A stretch of 15,129 bases of DNA from Macrostomum lignano. Its lineage: Eukaryota. The notes under the pieces were generated by a model. The model was given only the letters and a program-made list of their open reading frames with translations. It was not told the DNA's origin and did not search any database. A program made the translations under genes and the position numbers. This document shows positions 9,801 through 15,129 of the stretch, one piece after another. The DNA lies in the NCBI GenBank assembly GCA_002269645.1, contig NIVC01005260.1, positions 1-15,129 of the forward strand. Reading direction: 5' to 3'. Position 1 is the stretch's first letter. Every line of letters starts with the position of its first letter.

Positions 9801-12400
9801 GGTGCCTTGAAGCGTCGGCAGCTCGTCGTACTCGCCCGGCTTGTGCGCCGCCTCGCAGGCGGAGTTGCACCGGGCGAACTCCTCTGCCAGCTCGTGCTCG
9901 CTGACGCACTCGCGCCGGCAAACCTGCAGCTTGCTGAGCCGCTTTGCGCGCATGATTTCTTGGAAAGCCTCCTCGGCTTCGGCGCGCAGCTTCGGATCCT
10001 CCGTGTTCATCAGCATCATGCGGTCGATCTCAGGGCCGGCCTTGGGGTCCTTTTTCATGAAGTCCATGTTGACGTCATCGGCGTCCGGGTAGAAGGCCAG
10101 AGCTGGAAGCGACAGCTGCGTGAGCAGCACCAGCAGCACCGGGAGGGTTTCTCTTCTAAAAGCCGGCTGCATTTCCAAGACAGACGGGTATATCAAACTT
10201 TCAAATCGGGTAGCTCGCATGTTGGACCGGTTTTCAGCATTTTTATACCGGCTTGCCAGCTGATCTCAGTGTCCAATTGCAACGCGACCCGTCATGCCAC
10301 ATCAACACAGAGCAGGTGCGCCGTTCGATAGGAGAACTTTGGGACATTTAGTTTTCCCAATTGCAGTCTGTTCAAACACGCTGGTTCTCTATTTGATTTC
10401 AGTTGCTTCGATTCTGTCACAATCCAGCGCATTGTTCAACCATAAAGGTAAACACACGCCGATTGTGTTTAAACAGTTCACTTCGTATTACTTGACATTG
10501 AGCGAGAGTTATTTATGCAAGCCACCCATAGTCCATAGGGATTTCAAGCTGCCAGATTTTAAGCAGAGCCACCATTGACTTAGAAGCCTTAGCGCTCGAT
10601 AATATCAGCATTTTCCAAGTCAATTTTTTCGATTTTCTAACTCAGTATACTTGAAAACATCTGTTTCCAGGACTTTGATAAGCAATTCGGCGCTCACGAT
10701 TTATACTAATAGCTTCCTCAAAATGTATGTTTAGTCTTCTACATAATGTGCAGCCAGTTCTTCATATCATCTACAAAGCCGCTCCCCATTTCGGTTGGGC
10801 TGGATAGGCTTTTCATAGCGGCCATAGTCTATTGCCAGCCTTGCCGGACTGGAGGGGCTTTTCATAGCGGCCATAGTCTATGGCCAGCCTTGCCGGACTG
10901 GAGGGGCTTTTCATAGCGGCCATAGTCTAAGGCCAGCCTTGCCGGGCGTGGAGCTATTTATAGAACTCTATGTTCGGCAAGGAACGGAGTTTTTTATTGC
11001 TTCGGCGCGAAGAACAAAAAAACGACGCGGGCTAATAACTAACCATGGAAAAACTGCTCACCTGATTCTTGTCCAACTCGCAATTCCTGTACTCTTGCTC
11101 GCCCTCCTGTTGAAAGGTGACAATGACAAAGCCAACGAAGATGTTGACCATAAAGAAGGCGATCACGATGATGAAAGCGACGTAAAACAGCGCCATTGGG
11201 GGCCGATTGTTGTAGGTGCCACCCTGGCCTCCTTATCTGAGTCGATGACATGTACAACAGCCTGCAGTAGATAGAGAGAAATTAGTTTTCTTAATGCTCT
11301 ACTGTCAGTAGCTCGTAGGCTTGTAGGATGAAAAAAGTAATATAGAACTCTACTAACCCGGGCCAGCCCTCGAATGTGGAGGTGGCAAATAGAGACAGCA
11401 TGGCGTGAGCCACGTCATCAAAATTGAGATCCTCATTCTCCCATTCTCTCTCCTTCATCACGGGCTTGGAGATGTCGTTGTCTTTGTAGAAAATGAAGTA
11501 GCCCTGGCACTCTGCTTCCGTAGACTTGGATCCGTCGTTGCACTTTCTGAACTTGCCCTTGAACAGCTGAACACCGATGACGGCGAACATGAACTCGAGC
11601 AGGAAGGTGACCAGCATGATGTTGCCGATGCTCTTCACCGCTACGATCACGCATTGTACGACGTGCTGCGGATTGGGGATTGCAGATTGGGGTTTTGCTG
11701 CTTTTAGAAGAATGCAGGGAGGGGTCGCAAACCTCAACCAAGCTGGAAGGGTAACATACAGTTTAGAAATTGTTTCACAAAGTCCCGTTTTGTCGTGAGT
11801 TTGAATTTGAACTTTTTTTTAGCAATTGCGAGTTTAATAGCGCGATTACTCAGCCTCACCTTGAGCCCCTTGGCCCTGTTGATGGCGCGCAGCGGCCGCA
11901 ACACTCGCAGAACTCGAAGAATTTTCACGACCGAAAACGTGTCCGAACTGAAAATTGAAGTACGAGATGAATTTATCAATACGTGAGACACAAGTTCACT
12001 TTTTTTAATTTAAAATCTTTTTAAAAGTACATTATGCACACGCTTTGAACTTTAGAATGCATCAGGTAGCTAAAGCATCTACCTGTGACTATGCAAAAAC
12101 TGCTGCAAACAAGAACGGATCAAAATTTCCGCCACCACAGGCTAAAAACGTTTGATTTGATTTCTGCTCAGTTCACGAAATTGCAATCGCTGGCAATTCT
12201 TCATGTAACACTTTTTCTCTCATTCACTGGCAAAGCAAACAAAGGTGTATAGCATTCCGAAGTCCACAGCTTTGAGAACTGCGGTGCACTCACGGCGAGA
12301 ATAGGGACATTAAAGCTACAGACACAACCAGCAGGTCCAACAGGTTGAATGTGGACCTGCAGAAGGAGCCTTTGTGCAGGATCACACCGTAAGTGACCAC
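1..12400 (-). CDS. Cav1: Partial multi-exon gene for L-type voltage-gated calcium channel alpha-1 subunit (Cav1; CACNA1C/D-like), repeat III to IVS4; runs off both window edges
   Basis: Exons join at GT-AG sites to give [28 protein letters not shown]...[28 protein letters not shown]...TFEGWPG...[16 protein letters not shown]...[18 protein letters not shown]...[18 protein letters not shown]...ISISFFRLFR. These are Cav1-type IIIS3-IVS4 motifs. Four 1-nt indels must be corrected to keep the frame. Confidence 0.97.
322..392. repeat. (GA)n microsatellite flanked by G-runs
   Basis: Direct reading. Confidence 0.97.
486..881. repeat. Imperfect (GA)n / GGA polypurine tract, about 400 nt
   Basis: Essentially only G and A; pure (GA)n ends with a G-enriched core. 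Confidence 0.97.
1475..1540 (-). CDS. Candidate in-frame cassette exon (66 nt, [22 protein letters not shown]) in the Cav1 IVS3-S4 linker
   Basis: TACTAAC branch point, CT-rich tract and TACAG acceptor; CAT|GTACGC donor (same hexamer as the PYROXD2 donor at 8720); phase 0/0 with no stop codon. No transcript evidence is available. Confidence 0.5.
1928..2011 (-). CDS. Cav1: Cav1 exon (84 nt), IVS3
   Basis: TTTTAG|AAC acceptor and GTG|GTAAGC donor; [28 protein letters not shown]. Confidence 0.95.
2082..2584. mobile_element. MITE-like non-autonomous DNA transposon (503 bp) with perfect 14-bp terminal inverted repeats
   Basis: CAGGGGCGTCGGCA (2082-2095) and TGCCGACGCCCCTG (2571-2584); no coding capacity; no intact TSD found. 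Confidence 0.7.
2191..2467. repeat. 21-bp minisatellite, 13 copies (GTGCTTGCGGCGCTAGAATGA)
   Basis: Near-identical units; explains the ACGARMS and ALILAPQ repeat ORFs. Confidence 0.97.
2786..2896 (-). CDS. Cav1: Cav1 exon (111 nt), IVS2
   Basis: TTGCAG|TTT acceptor and AGG|GTAAGT donor; [37 protein letters not shown]. Confidence 0.96.
3103..3440. repeat. 22-24 bp minisatellite, about 14 copies plus a partial one (CTTCCCTAGGTCGTATGAAGCGA)
   Basis: Direct reading; variant unit CCTCTCAATGTATATAAAGCGA recurs at 3236 and 3304. Confidence 0.95.
3583..3741 (-). CDS. Cav1: Cav1 exon (159 nt), III-IV linker and IVS1
   Basis: TGCAG|CGA acceptor and AAG|GTTAGT donor; [53 protein letters not shown]; not shown in the supplied ORF track. 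Confidence 0.96.
4746..5957 (-). CDS. crb: Intronless short Crumbs-family type I membrane protein, 403 aa (signal peptide, 1 LamG, 2 EGF, Thr/Pro stalk, TM, Crumbs cytoplasmic tail)
   Basis: Hydrophobic N-terminus. LamG motifs [11 protein letters not shown] and GLRGCL. EGF cores CANGGSC...[13 protein letters not shown] and CSGHGFC...[37 protein letters not shown]. Tail GVYKPSDRE...[11 protein letters not shown] matches the Crumbs FERM-binding GxYxPS..E and PDZ-binding ERLI motifs. Confidence 0.9.
   Translation of the reverse strand: MFLQRFFLYFCFGVLFLVTQPISNASADVATFNVSGVANLTRQNASAIPIETVATFEFRASHPAWSIWGLYAPSTDNETNSMLQLVLGITFQHLTADWPSNGSRNQAAVNLTDGYWHSVSIRLDANASDVTVSLDGAELLRVFADPTTALTAIFNWTVMTFGGTNGTDGLRGCLANATVTESSDNAIAEVTNVQLLNGSGVLAGCHEDPCICANGGSCLPRLQWNLHSSCNCTATGYGGDFCLKARDFCNTSTIGLEPCSGHGFCTSIASLETFSCNCTDGYSGANCSTPPATTPPATTPLATTLQTTTPPLTTMPQTAQTTEPVEAGTQAPAADSRLVVGLVVGLLLVLLAGTAAGLAFKVIRDRRKDTGVYKPSDRELGSGKSGQQSMQDILRPPNEERLI
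6244..6251 (-). promoter_or_regulatory. Putative TATA box of the mini-Crumbs gene
   Basis: Minus-strand TATAAAAG with an Inr-like CATTTCC about 24 nt downstream; about 290 nt upstream of the ATG. Confidence 0.35.
7302..9359 (+). CDS. PYROXD2: Pyridine nucleotide-disulfide oxidoreductase domain-containing protein 2 (FAD-dependent, phytoene desaturase-like fold), about 572 aa; join(7302..8189,8276..8719,8974..9359)
   Basis: [15 protein letters not shown] dinucleotide-binding motif, [70 protein letters not shown]. Two phase-1 GT-AG introns (8190-8275, 8720-8973). One missing C at about 7571 (LLR-PKVMED). Arg-rich N-terminus without acidic residues suggests mitochondrial targeting. Confidence 0.95.
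9509..9514 (-). promoter_or_regulatory. Putative polyadenylation signal (AATAAA) for the KKEL gene
   Basis: Plus-strand TTTATT, about 220 nt past the stop at 9732. Confidence 0.4.
9693..9698 (+). promoter_or_regulatory. Putative polyadenylation signal (AATAAA) for PYROXD2
   Basis: First canonical plus-strand AATAAA seen after the stop at 9359. Confidence 0.35.
9732..10172 (-). CDS. Intronless orphan secretory-pathway protein (146 aa from ATG 10172; 162 aa from ATG 10220) with signal peptide, twin CX3C motif and C-terminal KKEL
   Basis: GC-rich coding-like ORF flanked by AT-rich DNA. Signal-like [35 protein letters not shown]-x12-CNSAC, ends EKKEL-stop. TATA box upstream and AATAAA downstream on the same strand. 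Confidence 0.75.
   Translation of the reverse strand: MQPAFRRETLPVLLVLLTQLSLPALAFYPDADDVNMDFMKKDPKAGPEIDRMMLMNTEDPKLRAEAEEAFQEIMRAKRLSKLQVCRRECVSEHELAEEFARCNSACEAAHKPGEYDELPTLQGTDEAAKKAAKQPDSEDAAEKKEL
10240..10247 (-). promoter_or_regulatory. Putative TATA box of the KKEL gene
   Basis: Minus-strand GGTATAAAAATG. Standard spacing puts the start site near 10220, favouring ATG 10172 as the start codon. Confidence 0.45.
10807..10953. repeat. 49-bp tandem repeat, 3 copies
   Basis: GGCTTTTCATAGCGGCCATAGTCTA... starts at 10807, 10856 and 10905. Confidence 0.93.
11062..11261 (-). CDS. Cav1: Cav1 exon, IIIS6 and start of III-IV linker (200 nt as written; 202 needed for frame)
   Basis: CTGCAG acceptor and CAG|GTGAGC donor. 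Reads LLYMS / IDSDKE / [56 protein letters not shown] across three frames, implying 1-nt deletions near 11247 and 11229. Confidence 0.93.
11358..11665 (-). CDS. Cav1: Cav1 exon (308 nt), IIIS5 and pore loop including the selectivity-filter Glu
   Basis: CCGCAG|CAC acceptor and GG|GTTAGT donor; [39 protein letters not shown]...[10 protein letters not shown]. Confidence 0.97.
11860..11947 (-). CDS. Cav1: Cav1 exon (88 nt), IIIS4 voltage sensor
   Basis: TTTTCAG acceptor and AAG|GTGAGG donor; [29 protein letters not shown]; phase 2 to 0. Confidence 0.97.
12294..12400 (-). CDS. Cav1: Cav1 exon (107 nt), IIIS2-S3 linker and IIIS3
   Basis: CAG|GTG acceptor and CC|GTGAGT donor; translates [35 protein letters not shown](P); phase 0 to 2. 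Confidence 0.95.
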
Positions 12401-12708
12401 CTGTGCATTGTATTGTGCATTTGGTTGTATCAATAGTTGTTAGATGGCTAACTATACTAAACTCAATAATGTAGCTACTCAACAAACTAATAAAGAAACA
12501 AAAGTAATTATTAAACATAATAATTTATCACTAGGCACAAAAAGGACGACATAGATTGAACAAAATTGAGTGCATAAGTAATGTAATGTTTAGCGAAAAT
12601 GTGGGTTACATGTAGGTTAATGATGACTAAAAAATAATATGTTACTTTACACCAACCTGTGACCTTAGTTTAAAATTAATTAGAAACAAAAATGTCCTCA
12701 GGCTAGAC

Positions 12709-14567
12709 ATGGGATTCGTCAGACTAGAATTGAGATTCCTGAGCCTATAGAGTTAGGATTCTAGATTGTAGTCTAGACTAGATTGTAGTCTCGAGTTGGG
12801 ATTCCTCAGACTGGAATTGGATTCCTGAGACTATAGAGTTGAGATTCTAGATTGTAGTCTAGACTAGATTGTAGTCTCGACTAGATTGTAGTCTCGAGTT
12901 GGGATTCCTCAGACTGGAATTGGGATTCCTGAGACTATAGAGTTGAGATTCTAGATTGTAGTCTAGACTAGATTGTAGTCTCGACTAGATTGTAGTCTCG
13001 AGTTGGGATTCCTCAGACTGGAATTGGGATTCCTGAGACTATAGAGTTGAGATTCTAGATTGTAGTCTAGACTAGATTGTAGTCTCGACTAGATTGTAGT
13101 CTCGAGTTGGGATTCCTCAGACTGGAATTGGGATTCCTGAGACTATAGAGTTGAGATTCTAGATTGTAGTCTAGACTAGATTGTAGTCTCGACTAGATTG
13201 TAGTCTCGAGTTGGGATTCCTCAGACTGGAATTGGATTCCTGAGACTATAGAGTTGAGATTCTAGATTGTAGTCTAGACTAGATTGTAGTCTCGACTAGA
13301 TTGTAGTCTCGAGTTGGGATTCCTCAGACTGGAATTGGGATTCCTGAGACTATAGAGTTGAGATTCTAGATTGTAGTCTCGACTAGATTGTAGTCTCGAG
13401 TTGGGATTCCTCAGACTGGAATTGGATTCCTGAGACTATAGAGTTAGGATTCTAGATTGTAGTCTAGACTAGATTGTAGTCTCGAGTTGGGATTCCTCAG
13501 ACTGGAATTGGGATTCCTGAGACTATAGAGTTGAGATTCTAGATTGTAGTCTAGACTAGATTGTAGTCTCGACTAGATTGTAGTCTCGAGTTGGGATTCC
13601 TCAGACTGGAATTGGGATTCCTGAGACTATAGAGTTGAGATTCTAGATTGTAGTCTAGACTAGATTGTAGTCTCGACTAGATTGTAGTCTCGAGTTGGGA
13701 TTCCTCAGACTGGAATTGGGATTCCTGAGACTATAGAGTTGAGATTCTAGATTGTAGTCTAGACTAGATTGTAGTCTCGACTAGATTGTAGTCTCGAGTT
13801 GGGATTCCTCAGACTGGAATTGGGATTCCTGAGACTATAGAGTTGAGATTCTAGATTGTAGTCTAGACTAGATTGTAGTCTCGACTAGATTGTAGTCTCG
13901 AGTTGGGATTCCTCAGACTGGAATTGGATTCCTGAGACTATAGAGTTGAGATTCTAGATTGTAGTCTAGACTAGATTGTAGTCTCGACTAGATTGTAGTC
14001 TCGAGTTGGGATTCCTCAGACTGGAATTGGGATTCCTGAGACTATAGAGTTGAGATTCTAGATTGTAGTCTAGAACTAGATTGTAGTCTCGACTAGATTG
14101 TAGTCTCGAGTTGGGATTCCTCAGACTGGAATTGGGATTCCTGAGACTATAGAGTTGAGATTCTAGATTGTAGTCTCGACTAGATTGTAGTCTCGAGTTG
14201 GGATTCCTCAGACTGGAATTGGGATCCTGAGACTATAGAGTGAGATTCTAGATTGTAGTCTAGACTAGATTGTAGTCTCGACTAGATTGTAGTCTCGAGT
14301 TGGGATTCCTCAGACTGGAATTGGGATTCCTGAGACTATAGAGTTGAGATTCTAGATTGTAGTCTCGACTAGATTGTAGTCTCGAGTTGGGATTCCTCAG
14401 ACTGGAATTGGGATTCCTGAGACTATAGAGTTGAGATTCTAGATTGTAGTCTCGACTAGATTGTAGTCTCGAGTTGGATTCCTCAGACTGGAATTGGGAT
14501 TCCTGAGACTATAGAGTTAGGATTCTAGATTGTAGTCTAGCCTAGATTGTAGTCTCGAGTTGGGATT
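12709..14567. repeat. Composite satellite array, about 19 units of 104 bp (87-bp variants)
   Basis: Unit = GTTGGGATTCCTCAGACTGGA + ATTGGGATTCCTGAGACTATAGA + GTTGAGATT + 2-3 copies of the 17-mer CTAGATTGTAGTCT(A/C)GA. Confidence 0.97.
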
Positions 14568-14938
14568 TTTTTATTATTTTATTAGAGGCAGCGGGGTTGT
14601 GTGCACCCTGGCGCACTTTAAAGCGACATAGGCACACAACCGGCGAGAGGCATTACTGCCCATTTCCGCCGACTCCCCTGAGCAGGCATACAAGCGCGCG
14701 GATACGTACGCAGGCACACACTCACACAGGAGTGACAGCGGCACTAACTTTATATTATCGTTAGGCACATGTACACTTCACTGCGCCTTGGGGGGTTGGC
14801 TCTCAAGGCCGTTAATTGCACGAGCAGAGCCAAGCCGAGATTCCAATTCAGCCCCAAATTAATGTGACTGCACTTGGAATCGAGCCTGGGTCGCTGGCAC
14901 AACAGAGCAGCTGCGCTACCGCTGGGCTACGGCCCCCC
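14568..14938 (-). mobile_element. tRNA-derived SINE (about 370 bp) inserted into the satellite
   Basis: Minus-strand box A TAGCCCAGCGG (14919-14929), box B GGCTCGATTCC (14876-14886), A-rich tail AATAAAATAATAAAAAAA. 15-bp TSD TCT(C/A)GAGTTGGGATT at 14553-14567 and 14940-14954 with one mismatch. Confidence 0.85.
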
Positions 14939-14939
14939 T

Positions 14940-15129
14940 TCTAGAGTTGGGATTCCTCAGACTGGAATTGGAATTCCTGAGACTATAGAGTGGGATTCTA
15001 GATTGTAGTCTAGACTAGATTGTAGTCTAGAGTTGGGATTCCCCAGACTGGAGTTGGGAATTCCCCAGACTGGAGTTGGGATTCCCAGACTGGAGTTGGA
15101 TTCCCCAGACTGGAGTTGGGATTCCCAGA
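14940..15129. repeat. Continuation of the satellite, changing to a simpler ~20-22 bp unit (GATTCCCCAGACTGGAGTTGG)
   Basis: Satellite register resumes after the TSD; the simpler unit repeats from about 15036 to the window end. Confidence 0.93.

Noticed and set aside
5958-11061. In-frame Cav1-Crumbs fusion by splicing from donor 11061 to the acceptors before the mini-Crumbs ATG
   Set aside because: The AGs at 5968, 5962 and 5959 all place the Crumbs ORF out of frame with the phase-0 donor
12709-14567. CRISPR-like appearance of the regular, partly palindromic array
   Set aside because: No unique spacers, no cas genes, and an intron-containing eukaryotic context
14865-14938. Functional tRNA gene
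   Set aside because: Stems pair poorly and the sequence continues into a SINE body with A-tail and TSD
15036-15129. GGGATTCCCC / GGGATTCC matches to NF-kappaB sites throughout the satellite
   Set aside because: A short motif multiplied by tandem amplification; no evidence of regulatory use

Overview
Eukaryotic (metazoan, probably invertebrate) genomic DNA. The backbone is part of an L-type voltage-gated calcium channel alpha-1 gene (Cav1) on the minus strand. It has eight clear coding exons from IIIS2/S3 to the start of IVS4 (12294-12400, 11860-11947, 11358-11665, 11062-11261, 3583-3741, 2786-2896, 1928-2011, 1-47) and a candidate 66-nt cassette exon in the IVS3-S4 linker (1475-1540). Its 7,320-nt III-IV linker intron (3742-11061) carries three nested genes. 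(1) An intronless 403-aa 'mini-Crumbs' (signal peptide, one LamG, two EGF, T/P stalk, TM, Crumbs tail ending EERLI), on the host strand. (2) A three-exon PYROXD2 on the opposite strand. (3) An intronless orphan with signal peptide, RAKR site, twin CX3C motif and C-terminal KKEL, on the host strand. The other introns hold GA tracts, a MITE-like element containing a 21-bp minisatellite, 23-bp and 49-bp tandem repeats, and a ~104-bp satellite interrupted by a tRNA-derived SINE with a target-site duplication. Five single-base indels in Cav1 and PYROXD2 look like long-read errors rather than real pseudogenisation. The organism cannot be determined from this window.
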